A stretch of 64,000 bases of DNA from Vulcanimicrobiota bacterium (GTDB taxonomy: Bacteria > Vulcanimicrobiota > Vulcanimicrobiia > Vulcanimicrobiales > Vulcanimicrobiaceae). The translations under genes were made by a program, and so were the position numbers. Shown in pieces: positions 1-9,688 of the stretch. The stretch lies in NCBI GenBank assembly GCA_963795405.1, contig CAWCHS010000004.1, positions 279,674 through 343,673 on the forward strand, given 5' to 3'. How positions within the stretch are numbered: position 1 is the first letter of the stretch; the number at the start of each line of letters is the position of its first letter. The notes beneath the pieces were generated by a model. The model made no database searches. It had not been told where the DNA came from and was given only the letters and a program-made list of their open reading frames with translations.

Positions 1-1
1 G

Positions 2-256
2 CCGAAGGCCTCGTCGCCGGCGCCGGCCCAAGCGCAGGTGACGCGCATCCCCGAACCGGTCGCCGCGATCGCAACGGCGCCAGCGGCAGGCACCGGAACG
101 GCGGCGCGTGGCCAAGTCGTCGCCGCCAAGGCGCGCGAAGCGATCGCCAAAGGCTACAGCGGCGACGCCTGCACCCAATGCGGTCAGTTCACGCTCGTGC
201 GCAATGGCACGTGCCTGAAGTGCGACAGCTGCGGCACCACCAGCGGGTGTTCGTAG
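2..256 (+). CDS. nrdJ: Class II (B12-dependent) ribonucleotide reductase, C-terminal fragment (5' end outside window)
   Basis: C-terminus KGYSGDACTQCGQFTLVRNGTCLKCDSCGTTSGCS matches the typical NrdJ zinc-ribbon tail; frame open to the window edge. Confidence 0.85.
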   Translation, partial: PKASSPAPAQAQVTRIPEPVAAIATAPAAGTGTAARGQVVAAKAREAIAKGYSGDACTQCGQFTLVRNGTCLKCDSCGTTSGCS

Positions 257-467
257 CTTCGCAGCATTCGTAGCGTCGGAGCGACCGACGCGCATGCCGG
301 CGCGTGTAAGCGGGCGACCACGATGGTCGCCCGCTGCCGTCCCGGCGGCCTTAGAACTGTCCTCAGGTCACCGGCAAACCGCCACGGTCGGCACACGGCA
401 ATGTGCCGCGGCGTGTCCTTCCCGAGCACGCCGTCCTGCGGAATGCTGCGTAACGCTGCGACCGCGG

Positions 468-1421
468 CTACCGCGGTGCGAGGCGTCCCATGGTGTCGAC
501 GATCGTCGCGATGAGCGTTTCGCCGCCATGGCCGGCGTCGTCGAGAACGATCAGCTCGCTGGTAGGCCATCGCCGCGACAGTCGCCAAGCGGTTTCCAGC
601 GGGCTGCTGACGTCGTATCGCCCGTGAATGAGCGCTCCCGGAATCCCATTCAGCAGCGGCGCGTTTTGAATCAGCTGTTCGTCTTCAACGAACGCGGCGT
701 GCCTCCAGTAGTGCGTAACCAGTCGGGCAAAGCGCAGCCGAAATTCCGCATCGAGGAATCGGGGGTTCGACACGTGGCCGGGCGTAAGGGAGACGTGAGC
801 ATCTTCCCAACGACACCATTCCGACGCTGCGCGCTCGCGCACGATCGGATCGGGATCGAACAAGAGTGCCGCGTATGCGTCCACCAACGACAAGTCGCGC
901 AATTCAGCAGGAACCGCCCCCGAAAAACGATGCCACTCCTGCGGAAACACACGGCCGACATCGCAGGTCAGCCACTGCACCTCGCGACGTGACGTCGTCG
1001 TCACGAGAGCAAGTATCAGCGCGTCGACACGATCCGGGTATGCCTGCGCGTACGCGAGACCGAGGGTGGTTCCCCACGAAACGCCCAGGATCGTCCACGC
1101 CCGGACGGCGAGGTGCTCGCGCAGCAGCTCGATGTCGGCGATGAGATGGCCGGTGGTATTGGCGCTCAGATCCGCGTCGGGTTCGCTGGCCAGCGGGCGG
1201 CTACGGCCGCATCCGCGCTGGTCGAAAAGCACGATGCGATACTTCGCGGGATCGAAGTAGCGTCGCTGATTTGCGGAGCAACCCGAACCGGGTCCGCCGT
1301 GAAGGAAGAGCGCGGGTCTTCGGCTTGGATTGCCGCAGCACTCCCAATAGATGCGATGCCCGTCCCCGACGTCGAGCATGCCGCTGTCGTACGGTTCGAT
1401 TGCCGGGAATCGCGGATCCAT
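468..1421 (-). CDS. pip: Proline iminopeptidase (S33, alpha/beta hydrolase)
   Basis: LHGGPGSG, FDQRGCGRS, GVSWG nucleophile, GRYD and DAGH motifs. Confidence 0.92.
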   Translation of the reverse strand: MDPRFPAIEPYDSGMLDVGDGHRIYWECCGNPSRRPALFLHGGPGSGCSANQRRYFDPAKYRIVLFDQRGCGRSRPLASEPDADLSANTTGHLIADIELLREHLAVRAWTILGVSWGTTLGLAYAQAYPDRVDALILALVTTTSRREVQWLTCDVGRVFPQEWHRFSGAVPAELRDLSLVDAYAALLFDPDPIVRERAASEWCRWEDAHVSLTPGHVSNPRFLDAEFRLRFARLVTHYWRHAAFVEDEQLIQNAPLLNGIPGALIHGRYDVSSPLETAWRLSRRWPTSELIVLDDAGHGGETLIATIVDTMGRLAPR

Positions 1422-1466
1422 TCACACGACCTCGCCGGTCGGAACGCGCTTCCTGCGATGCGGACG

Positions 1467-2237
1467 TTACGGCGCGTTGAGGCGCGCCGCGTAGATCGTC
1501 GCGACCGTGGCGGCGCTCAGGGCGGTGTTCCACAGCGCGACGTCGCCGATGTCCCCGTCGAAGAAACGGCCGGTGAAGACCTTGCTTTCGCCGATCGAGA
1601 ACTCGTCGGCCTTGCCGATCTTCCCGCCGCCGGCATCCTTGCTCCCGAGCTTCCCGTCCCAGTAGATCGCGCGCGCTCGCGTGCTCGCATCGAACGTGGC
1701 GATGATGAGATGCCACTCGCCGTCGAGCGATGCGACCGGCGGCGCGTACGAGACGTTCGACCCGGCGCCGGTGTAGAGTCGCAGCGTATTGTCGGGCTCG
1801 AACTGCAGGTCGAAGTCGTTCGTGTTCTGCGAGATCCCCGCAACGTACTCGATGCGGCCCTTCAGCGCCGGCCGGGAGTTCAGGTGGACCCACGCCATGA
1901 TGCTGCCGGCGCCACGGATCCCGCCCATCTGCGAGGTGTCGAAGTAGCCGGTCTTGCCGTCGAAGAGCGTGCACTGGTTGTTCGGGACGCTGATCGGGGG
2001 GCACAGCGACGCGGTCGGGGTCGCGACGCTGCTCACGCTGCTGACGCCGCCGACGGCCTTGTAGGTCGACGTCCCAACCTCGCTGGCTCCGGTCATCCCC
2101 GTGAGGCGATAGTACGCGATCGGATGCGTCGATTTCACGGTCGCGACGAAGCCGAGATCGGCGGCTGACCGCGGCAGCGGACCGAGGGCCAAAGCGGCCG
2201 CTGCGCAGGAGGCGGTGAGTGCCGTTTGACGGAACAC
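1467..2237 (-). CDS. Secreted LamG-like jellyroll domain protein
   Basis: GTG start after AGGAG; signal-peptide-like N-terminus; [33 protein letters not shown] motifs. Confidence 0.75.
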   Translation of the reverse strand: MFRQTALTASCAAAALALGPLPRSAADLGFVATVKSTHPIAYYRLTGMTGASEVGTSTYKAVGGVSSVSSVATPTASLCPPISVPNNQCTLFDGKTGYFDTSQMGGIRGAGSIMAWVHLNSRPALKGRIEYVAGISQNTNDFDLQFEPDNTLRLYTGAGSNVSYAPPVASLDGEWHLIIATFDASTRARAIYWDGKLGSKDAGGGKIGKADEFSIGESKVFTGRFFDGDIGDVALWNTALSAATVATIYAARLNAP

Positions 2238-2459
2238 GGAAACTCCTGTCGTTGCGGGATTGGGTCGCGCGGCCTTCGGCTCCGCACGGTTCCCTCCTTC
2301 AGGGGGCGACGGGACGGACGCCCCCACCGCCGCTCGACCGCGCGTGACGGTGCCTCCTCGCGGGCGGCGCGGCCGTTCGCCTGATCTTCGCCGGAAACAA
2401 CGGGACGCCAACCGCGTTGGTTCACGCCCTCGGCGCGGGGGGAAGCCACGATTCGGGCG

Positions 2460-5117
2460 ATGACGACAGCAGCCGATCCTGATTCCCCGTTTGGCCCCGC
2501 GCGGCCGAACGCCGGCTTCGTCCGCGTTCGCGGCGCGCGGGAGCACAACCTCAAGGATGTCGACGTCGAGATTCCACGCGAAGCGCTCGTCGTCTTCACC
2601 GGGATCTCCGGCTCGGGAAAGTCTTCACTCGCTTTCAGCACGCTGTATGCGGAGGCGCAGCGGCGGTACCTCGAGTCCGTCTCCCCGTATGCGCGGCGGC
2701 TGTTTCATCAGATGGCCGTCCCCGACGTGGACGAGATCGATGGGCTGCCGCCGGCGGTCGCGCTCCAGCAGCAGCGCGGCTCGCCGACGACGCGCTCCTC
2801 CGTCGGCAGCGTGACGACGTTGTCGAACCTGCTGCGAATGCTGTACTCGCGCGCCGGCGACTACCCGCCGAAGCAGCCGCATCTCGAGGCGGAAGCGTTC
2901 TCGCCGAACACCCCGGAAGGCGCGTGTCCGCGCTGCCACGGGCTGGGGCGGATCTACGACGCGACGGAACGCTCGATGGTCCCCGATCCGTCGCTCACCA
3001 TCCGCGAGCGCGCGATCGCCGCGTGGCCGACGGCTTGGCACGGTCAGAACCTTCGCGACATCGCGGTGACCCTCGGATACGACGTCGACCGCCCATGGCG
3101 CGAGCTGCCGAAGAAAGACCGCGATTGGCTGCTGTTCACCGACGAACAGCCGACGGTTCCGGTCTACGCCGGATACACGCCGGCCGAAACGCGGCGCGCC
3201 CTGAAGCGCAACGAGGAGCCCAGCTACCAGGGCACGTTCACCGGCGCGCGGCGGTACGTGCTGGAAACCTTCGCGAATTCGCAGAGCCCGTTGATGAAGA
3301 AACGGGCGGCGCACTACTTGGTGAGCACGGGCTGCCCGCTGTGTCACGGCAAACGGCTGCGCCGGGAATCGCTCTCCGTGACGTTCGCCGGGCTCGACAT
3401 CGCGGAGATGGCCGGTCAGCCGCTGGTCCGCCTCGGCGAGATCTTCGGGCCGTACGCCGCGCTGACCGACGCCGGCCATGCCGAACGGGCGTCGGCGCAT
3501 CCGGAGAAGGCCATCGTCGTTCAGCGCATCGCGCAGGATCTGCTCGCGCGGCTCGCGATTCTGATCGACCTCGGGCTCGGCTATCTCTCGATGGCGCGCA
3601 GCACCCCGACGCTCTCGCCGGGCGAGCTGCAGCGCCTGCGGCTCGGCACCCAAGTGCGCTCGAATCTCTTCGGCGTCGTCTACGTGCTCGACGAGCCGTC
3701 GGCGGGTTTGCACCCGGCCGATACCGAGGCGCTGCTGCGCGCGCTCGATCAGCTCAAGGCCGCGGGCAACTCGCTCTTCGTGGTCGAGCACGAGCTCGAC
3801 GTCATCCGGCACGCCGACTGGATCGTCGACGTCGGCCCCGATGCCGGCGAACGCGGCGGGACGATTCTGTACAGCGGGCCGCCGGAGGGTTTGCGAGACG
3901 TCGAGGCCTCGCGCACGCGACGCTATCTCTTCGGCAACGGCGTTGCCAACAGCGCCGGCGCGGCGCCGGAGGCCGGCGGCGTCACGGCGCGCCGTACGCC
4001 GCGCTTGCCGACGGGCTGGCTGAAGCTCGAGGGTGTCACGCGCAACAATCTGCGCCAGCTCGACGCAGCGTTTCCGCTGCGGGTTTTTACGACCGTCACG
4101 GGCGTTTCTGGGTCGGGAAAATCGAGTCTCGTCGCGCAAGCGCTCGTCGAGCTCGTCTCCGCGCGCCTCGGCCACGCGCTCCCCGCGGTCGAGGAAGAGG
4201 GCGAGGAGCTCGAGCGCGCGCAAGCGATCCCCAGCGGCGGGCGAATCGCCGGCGGCATGGAGGCGATCAAGCGGCTCGTGCGCGTGGATCAGAAGCCGAT
4301 CGGACGTACGCCGCGCTCGAACCTCGCGACGTACACCGGACTCTTCGACGCCGTTCGTAAGCTCTTCGCCGCAACGAAAGCCGCGCGGGCGCGGCGGTTC
4401 GACGCCGGGCGCTTCTCCTTCAACGTCGCGAAGGGCCGGTGCTCGACCTGCGAGGGTGAAGGTTCCGTCATGGTCGAGCTGCTCTTTCTTCCCAGCGTCT
4501 ACGCGCCGTGTCCCACGTGCCACGGCACGCGCTATAATGCGGAGACGTTGAAGATCCGCTATCGCGACAAGAACATCGCCGACGTCCTCGCCATGACGGT
4601 GGACGCGGCCTGGGAGTTCTTCGGCGAGGAGCCGCAGGTGTGCCGTGCGCTGGGCGTTCTCCGCGAAGTCGGGCTGGGCTACCTTCGCCTCGGCCAGCCC
4701 GCCACCGAGCTCTCCGGCGGCGAGGCGCAGCGCATCAAGCTCGCCACCGAGCTGCAGCGCACGCAGCGAGGCGACACGCTGTACGTGCTCGACGAGCCCA
4801 CGACGGGGCTGCACCCCTCCGACGTGGAGAAGCTGATGACGCAGCTCGACGGCCTGGTGGCGGCCGGAAACACCGTCATCGTCATCGAGCACGACATGGA
4901 TGTCGTCGCGAACAGCGATTGGGTGATCGACATCGGCCCGGGAGCCGGCGACGAGGGCGGACGGATCGTCGTCTCCGGCCCGCCCGCGGACCTCGCGCGC
5001 GCACCCGCGAGCCGCACGGCGCCGTACCTCGCTCGGTTCATGGAATCGTCGAACGGTGTGCTAACGGCGCGCTCCAACGGCCGAGCGGCAAAGCACGAAC
5101 TGGTACGGACGCGTTGA
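2460..5117 (+). CDS. uvrA: UvrA-family ABC ATPase, short class II (DrrC/Ecm16-like)
   Basis: GAREHNLK, two Walker A ([18 protein letters not shown]), LSPGE and LSGGEAQR signatures, CxxC zinc fingers; 885 aa. Confidence 0.88.
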   Translation: MTTAADPDSPFGPARPNAGFVRVRGAREHNLKDVDVEIPREALVVFTGISGSGKSSLAFSTLYAEAQRRYLESVSPYARRLFHQMAVPDVDEIDGLPPAVALQQQRGSPTTRSSVGSVTTLSNLLRMLYSRAGDYPPKQPHLEAEAFSPNTPEGACPRCHGLGRIYDATERSMVPDPSLTIRERAIAAWPTAWHGQNLRDIAVTLGYDVDRPWRELPKKDRDWLLFTDEQPTVPVYAGYTPAETRRALKRNEEPSYQGTFTGARRYVLETFANSQSPLMKKRAAHYLVSTGCPLCHGKRLRRESLSVTFAGLDIAEMAGQPLVRLGEIFGPYAALTDAGHAERASAHPEKAIVVQRIAQDLLARLAILIDLGLGYLSMARSTPTLSPGELQRLRLGTQVRSNLFGVVYVLDEPSAGLHPADTEALLRALDQLKAAGNSLFVVEHELDVIRHADWIVDVGPDAGERGGTILYSGPPEGLRDVEASRTRRYLFGNGVANSAGAAPEAGGVTARRTPRLPTGWLKLEGVTRNNLRQLDAAFPLRVFTTVTGVSGSGKSSLVAQALVELVSARLGHALPAVEEEGEELERAQAIPSGGRIAGGMEAIKRLVRVDQKPIGRTPRSNLATYTGLFDAVRKLFAATKAARARRFDAGRFSFNVAKGRCSTCEGEGSVMVELLFLPSVYAPCPTCHGTRYNAETLKIRYRDKNIADVLAMTVDAAWEFFGEEPQVCRALGVLREVGLGYLRLGQPATELSGGEAQRIKLATELQRTQRGDTLYVLDEPTTGLHPSDVEKLMTQLDGLVAAGNTVIVIEHDMDVVANSDWVIDIGPGAGDEGGRIVVSGPPADLARAPASRTAPYLARFMESSNGVLTARSNGRAAKHELVRTR

Positions 5118-5160
5118 ATCGCGCGCCGGCCGTCGATGAGCGCGGCCGTCGCGCCCTATC

Positions 5161-5376
5161 TCAGCGGTGCACCGCCGCGACCGCGACCTTCGCGCTCTTC
5201 AGCGCGGCCAGGGCATCCTGCTCCCGCGCTCGATCGATGCTGAGCGAAAGGTTCGCGGTCGACTGCACGCCCGCCGGGGTCGGAATCATTCGCGCCGCGA
5301 CGCCGACGTCGCGCAGCGCTTTCGTCGCGATCATCGTTCCCGCATTTGACGGAAAGACGAGCACGAGGTCCAGCAT
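5161..5376 (-). CDS. DUF3343-like small protein
   Basis: LVFPSNAGTMIATKAL...MIPTP resembles DUF3343; 71 aa. Confidence 0.55.
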   Translation of the reverse strand: MLDLVLVFPSNAGTMIATKALRDVGVAARMIPTPAGVQSTANLSLSIDRAREQDALAALKSAKVAVAAVHR

Positions 5377-5378
5377 CG

Positions 5379-6041
5379 CTATGATTCCGCGCGCGCCGCG
5401 TGCCGGCTGAGCTGTTCTTGGAGCGCGGCGATCGTTTCGTATTCGCGCGTGAGCGCCTGCGCGGTCTCGCGCGCCGTGAAGTCGACGAGCTCCTCTTGCT
5501 GTTTGCACAGCCCGCTGATCGCGGCAGTCAGCCAGAACAGTACGCCGCACTCGATCACGACGGCAATCGCGTGGAGCGCGACACGGTCAAGTCCCTCTTC
5601 CGGGAAGACGTTCGCGGGGACGACGAGATCGAGGAGCAGATGATGGCCGGCAGTGAGCGCCGCGGAGATCGCGATCGGCCGCCAATCCACGTACGCCGAC
5701 AGCATCGCAAAGACGCCGAAGAAGTACATATGGTAGTCGATCTGCCAGTCGCCGTTCCCGGCGATACCGCTAAAATGTCCGCGACCCGCGTACACGAACA
5801 GGATCGGCCCGAACGTCAGGCATATCGCCATGACCGAACGTAGCGGCAAGCCGTCTCGCAGCCTCCAGAAAGCGAGGGTCGCGACGAGCGCCACGACCGC
5901 GGCCACGGCCATCGGCTCGCGCCATGAGTTTCGCGCGAGCAGCGCAACGCCGGCCGCGAGCAGGACGTGGGCCCAAATCACCCACAGAAAGATTTTCGTG
6001 GCTTGCACGCGGATGTGCGAAAGCGAAAACTGTCCGGACAT
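5379..6041 (-). CDS. Multi-pass membrane protein resembling the N-terminal membrane domain of some chemoreceptors
   Basis: About 6 hydrophobic segments; HMYFFGVFAMLSAYVDWR and HHLLL motifs; short coiled C-terminus. Confidence 0.6.
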   Translation of the reverse strand: MSGQFSLSHIRVQATKIFLWVIWAHVLLAAGVALLARNSWREPMAVAAVVALVATLAFWRLRDGLPLRSVMAICLTFGPILFVYAGRGHFSGIAGNGDWQIDYHMYFFGVFAMLSAYVDWRPIAISAALTAGHHLLLDLVVPANVFPEEGLDRVALHAIAVVIECGVLFWLTAAISGLCKQQEELVDFTARETAQALTREYETIAALQEQLSRHAARAES

Positions 6042-6236
6042 ATGAAAACCTCGCGAACTCTGAACGCGCAACCACTCCCTAAACCCATGCATCGGCCGTT
6101 TCCGGTCGGCAGTTTATCTGCCGCCTGGTACGGAATCGTATGAACCGCTCAAAAGAGCGGTGGAACGAGCGCCGCTCTGCCCCGCCGAGGACCTGCGCAA
6201 GACGGAGAACGGTGCCGGTCGAACCTGCCGAGGACG

Positions 6237-7145
6237 TTGCCGGAGCTCCCTGACGTCGCCGCGTACATCAGCGCCCTCGAGGATCGTATCGTCGGCCGGC
6301 CCGTGCGGCGCGTGCGGATCGCCGACACGTTTCTGGTCCGGACCGCGGATCCGCCGATCTCCGCGGTCGAAGGCCGCACCGTTCGCGAGGTACGCCGCAT
6401 CGGCAAGCGCATCGCCGTCGGGTTCGAAGGCGACCTCTGGCTGGTGCTGCACCTCATGATCGCGGGGCGGCTGCACTGGCGGCCGCCGGACGCAAAGCTC
6501 GCCGGGCGTACCAACCTCGCGGGGTTCGACTTCCCGAACGGAACGCTCGTCCTGACCGAAGCCGGGACGAAGCGCCGCGCGTCGCTGTACGTGCTTCAGG
6601 GCGCCGATGCCCTCGCCGCGGTCGATCGCGGCGGCCTCGACGTCTTCTCCGCCGACGTCGACCGCTTCCGCGCGGTGCTCGGCAAGGAGCATCACACGCT
6701 CAAACGCGCGCTCACCGATCCGCGCGCCATCGACGGCATCGGCAACGCGTACTCGGATGAAATCCTGCACGCGGCGAAGCTCTCGCCGCTCGCGATGACG
6801 CAGAAGCTGACGCCGGAGGAGTGGGAGCGGCTGTTCGCGGCGACTCGCGAGACGCTGCGCAGCTGGATCGAGCGGCTGCGCGACGAAGCGCGGACCGCCT
6901 TTCCCGAGCACGTCACCGCGTTCCGCAAGGAGATGGCGGTCCACGGCCGCTACGGAAAGCCCTGTCCGGTCTGCGGCGAGCTCGTGCGACGCATCCGCTA
7001 CGCGGACAACGAGACGAACTACTGTCCGGGCTGTCAGACCGGCGGGAAGATCCTCGCCGACCGCGCGCTCTCGCGTTTGCTGGGCGAGGACTGGCCGCGC
7101 AGCATCGACGACCCCAGGGCCCAGGCGCGGCGGCTCGAGCGCTGA
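6237..7145 (+). CDS. Fpg/Nei family DNA glycosylase/AP lyase
   Basis: N-terminal MPELPDV, HLMIAGRL, GIGNAYSDEIL H2TH motif, C-terminal CPVC...CPGCQ zinc finger. Confidence 0.9.
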   Translation: MPELPDVAAYISALEDRIVGRPVRRVRIADTFLVRTADPPISAVEGRTVREVRRIGKRIAVGFEGDLWLVLHLMIAGRLHWRPPDAKLAGRTNLAGFDFPNGTLVLTEAGTKRRASLYVLQGADALAAVDRGGLDVFSADVDRFRAVLGKEHHTLKRALTDPRAIDGIGNAYSDEILHAAKLSPLAMTQKLTPEEWERLFAATRETLRSWIERLRDEARTAFPEHVTAFRKEMAVHGRYGKPCPVCGELVRRIRYADNETNYCPGCQTGGKILADRALSRLLGEDWPRSIDDPRAQARRLER

Positions 7146-8596
7146 TCGAGCACCGGTCCGGTGCTCCGCCGTTCGGCCGGTGGCGGACAGGACGCCGAAC
7201 ACGGCGCGACGGTGCCTCGGGCACGACGCGCAGCGAGCTCGGAGACGATCTTGATGTGGCGCAGCACGCGCATGTGGATGCGATGGACGATCGCGTCGGC
7301 GAAGACGGCCCAATATGCGCCGGGCCAGAGGTGGTGCTGATACCACGTCGTGCCGACCAGCCGTGTGCGGCCGCCGGGCAAGGCTTCGAGCCGGAACTCG
7401 CCCCGTCGTGAGACCATGTAGCCGTGGAGATGCGGGGTCTCGAGGCCGGGATACGGGCTCAGCTCGCGCATCGGCTCCGGATTCCGCGCGACGCGGAAGC
7501 CGAGCCGTCGTCCCGCCTGCCACACGGTGATGGGCTCGACGAAGTCCCCGGTCGAGAACCGGCAGTAGCGCGTCGCGCCCACGCCTGTTCCGACGATCTC
7601 CGCGCGTTCCGGATACGCGACGCCGAGCCGGAAGACGGGTTCCACGGGCGGCGGAAGCGGCGCAAAACGGACGACATTCCGCCACACCGTCATCGGCGGG
7701 GCGTCGATGACGATCTCCGAGCGCACGACGTAGACCGGAGCCTCCCGCGGTACGACCGCCTCCGCGCCCATGACCGCCGGCGCGGCGGCGATCAGGACGA
7801 GCAGCGCGGCCGCGTCGATGCGACCGTTCACCGCCCGGCTCTGCAGCACGTGGCCGAAGAGCGCGCCGAGCGCGGCCAACGCCGCCGCGAGCGGCGCCGC
7901 CATCGCGACGCAGATCACCCCCTCGAGCGCGACGGCGATGAGCGCCGCAAAGGTCAGCCCCATCGAAAGCATCGCCACGCCCAAACTCTCGGCGATGCGA
8001 CGCCGGCGATGGACACCGTAGACGTACGCCGCGATCGCACCCTGCGAGAACGGGATCGCGGCGAACAGCCCCCAGCCGTAGCTGCTCAGAGCGCGCGTAC
8101 CGAGCGCGACGCACACGACGCCGAGAAGTGCAGCGGCGGCCACTGCCAATGTGGCGGCGCCCAGCGTGTCGGCCGGGACGACGCGCTCGAGCCAGCGCGG
8201 CGGCTGCGTCCGCTCGTCGTCCACGCGCTCGGGCCAGATCGCCGCCAGCGCGAACGAGACGATGTTCGCGACCGGCGCGAAGAACAGGACCGAGAGCCAC
8301 AGCGGCCAGCCGATCGTGCGGAACCGCTTCACCGTGATCGCGATGCCGACCGCGGCGAACGGGAGCGAGACGGCCAGCATCGAGAGCACGAACGCGCGGT
8401 CGTTCGCGGACAGATTGGTGATCGGGACCGCGACCCCGAGCGGAATGATATAGTCCAGCGGCGACCACGGCCGGTGAAAGACCACGCTTTCGAGCCAGAG
8501 GTCGACGCCGTGCTTCAGCAGCACGCCCGCGAACGCGACGAGGACATACGTCCGCCGGTCGATCGTTCCCGAGAACGCGAACGGCGTACGCAGCAT
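7034..8596 (-). CDS. Membrane protein with DUF805-like N-terminus and C-terminal SRPBCC-like domain
   Basis: KRFRTIGWPLWL membrane motif, about 9 TM segments, IVIDAPPMTVWRNV SRPBCC-like start. Confidence 0.6.
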   Translation of the reverse strand: MLRTPFAFSGTIDRRTYVLVAFAGVLLKHGVDLWLESVVFHRPWSPLDYIIPLGVAVPITNLSANDRAFVLSMLAVSLPFAAVGIAITVKRFRTIGWPLWLSVLFFAPVANIVSFALAAIWPERVDDERTQPPRWLERVVPADTLGAATLAVAAAALLGVVCVALGTRALSSYGWGLFAAIPFSQGAIAAYVYGVHRRRRIAESLGVAMLSMGLTFAALIAVALEGVICVAMAAPLAAALAALGALFGHVLQSRAVNGRIDAAALLVLIAAAPAVMGAEAVVPREAPVYVVRSEIVIDAPPMTVWRNVVRFAPLPPPVEPVFRLGVAYPERAEIVGTGVGATRYCRFSTGDFVEPITVWQAGRRLGFRVARNPEPMRELSPYPGLETPHLHGYMVSRRGEFRLEALPGGRTRLVGTTWYQHHLWPGAYWAVFADAIVHRIHMRVLRHIKIVSELAARRARGTVAPCSASCPPPAERRSTGPVLDQRSSRRAWALGSSMLRGQSSPSKRESARSARIFPPV

Positions 8597-9157
8597 CTAT
8601 TTCGGGGGCCGCAGCAGCGAGCGCAGCCGGCCGCGCAGCGTCGCGATGCCGCGCACGGCGGCGCTCGGCAGCAGGACGAACTCGTCGACGAGCGGGCTCA
8701 GCGTCTCGAACAGATCGCGCATCGCCCGAATCCGGGTTTCGACGAACTTGTCGGCGACGCGGTCGTGCCCTTGCGCTTCGGCGGCGCATTCTCGCAGGAT
8801 CGCCAAGGTCGGGTCGATCTCTCTGCGCTTGCGCGCCTCCGCCAGGATCGAGAGCATCTGCCAGACATCGCCGATCGCCTCGTAGTGCTCGCGCCGGTCA
8901 CCCAAGACGTGGACGGCGCGGACGACGCCCCACCCCTCCAGCTCGCGCAGGCTCGCGGCAGCGTTGGAGCGCGCGATCCCGAGGGCGCCGCAGATCGCCT
9001 GGACGTCCAGCGGTCTCTGCGAAAGGTAGAGCAGCGCGTGGACCTGGGCCACGGTCCGGTTGATCCCCCAGCGCGTCCCGAGCTCGCCCCAGTGCACGAT
9101 GAACTTCTGCGCCACGGGCAGCAAGGGCGGCCGATCGTGTCCTGTCTGTCCAGTCAT
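8597..9157 (-). CDS. GbsR/MarR family transcriptional regulator
   Basis: FIVHWGELGTRWGINRTVAQVHALLYL and ARSNAAASLRELEGWG; ATG 9157 follows AAAGGA. Confidence 0.85.
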   Translation of the reverse strand: MTGQTGHDRPPLLPVAQKFIVHWGELGTRWGINRTVAQVHALLYLSQRPLDVQAICGALGIARSNAAASLRELEGWGVVRAVHVLGDRREHYEAIGDVWQMLSILAEARKRREIDPTLAILRECAAEAQGHDRVADKFVETRIRAMRDLFETLSPLVDEFVLLPSAAVRGIATLRGRLRSLLRPPK

Positions 9158-9250
9158 GCCTGTCCTTTCAGACATTACTGCCGTTCCGAGCGGCCGTCAA
9201 GGGTCCCCAGGGCGAGGGAGTCGCGAGGAAGCAAGGCGGGTTCGGCCGGG

Positions 9251-9256
9251 TACCAT
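9251..9256 (+). promoter_or_regulatory. Possible -10 element (TACCAT) for a leaderless chaB transcript
   Basis: TACCAT lies 6 nt before the chaB ATG; no SD motif visible. Confidence 0.3.
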
Positions 9257-9262
9257 GACGGC

Positions 9263-9688
9263 ATGCCGGAGAAAGGTTCGAAGGGCGAATACGCGCCGCT
9301 GCCCTCGACGCTCGAGCGCTCGCCGAAGAAGGCGCAAGATACGTACGAAGCGACCTTGGAGGCCGCCGAAACGTCCTACGATCACGACGAGGAGCGCGCG
9401 CACCGCGCGGCGTGGGCCTCGGTGAAGCATTCGTTCGAGAAAGTCGGCGATCACTGGGAGCCGAAGGAGCAGCGCGGCCCGTCCGACCCGCGCGCGGCAT
9501 CGGGTGGTCCGAACCCGTCGGGCGAGAGCTATCACGGCGTCGACGTGATGGGCAAAACGAAGGATGACTTGCTGGCGGAGGCGCGCGAGCTCGGCGCGCA
9601 CGTCACGACGCACATGAGGAAAGACGAGATCGCTCATGCGATCGAGCGCGAGAACGCGAACGCGACCGATCGCGCGCGCAAGCGCTGA
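9263..9688 (+). CDS. chaB: ChaB family protein
   Basis: LPSTLERSPKKAQ...AHRAAWASVKHSFEKVGDHWEPK plus C-terminal Rho-N-like helix. Confidence 0.85.
   Translation: MPEKGSKGEYAPLPSTLERSPKKAQDTYEATLEAAETSYDHDEERAHRAAWASVKHSFEKVGDHWEPKEQRGPSDPRAASGGPNPSGESYHGVDVMGKTKDDLLAEARELGAHVTTHMRKDEIAHAIERENANATDRARKR

Noticed and set aside
2238-2459. LexA/SOS box upstream of uvrA
   Set aside because: No recognisable palindromic SOS consensus
6042-6236. Riboswitch (c-di-GMP-like) upstream of the membrane sensor gene
   Set aside because: Small hairpins and a GAAA loop are present, but I could not match the GEMM core; an Rfam scan would settle it
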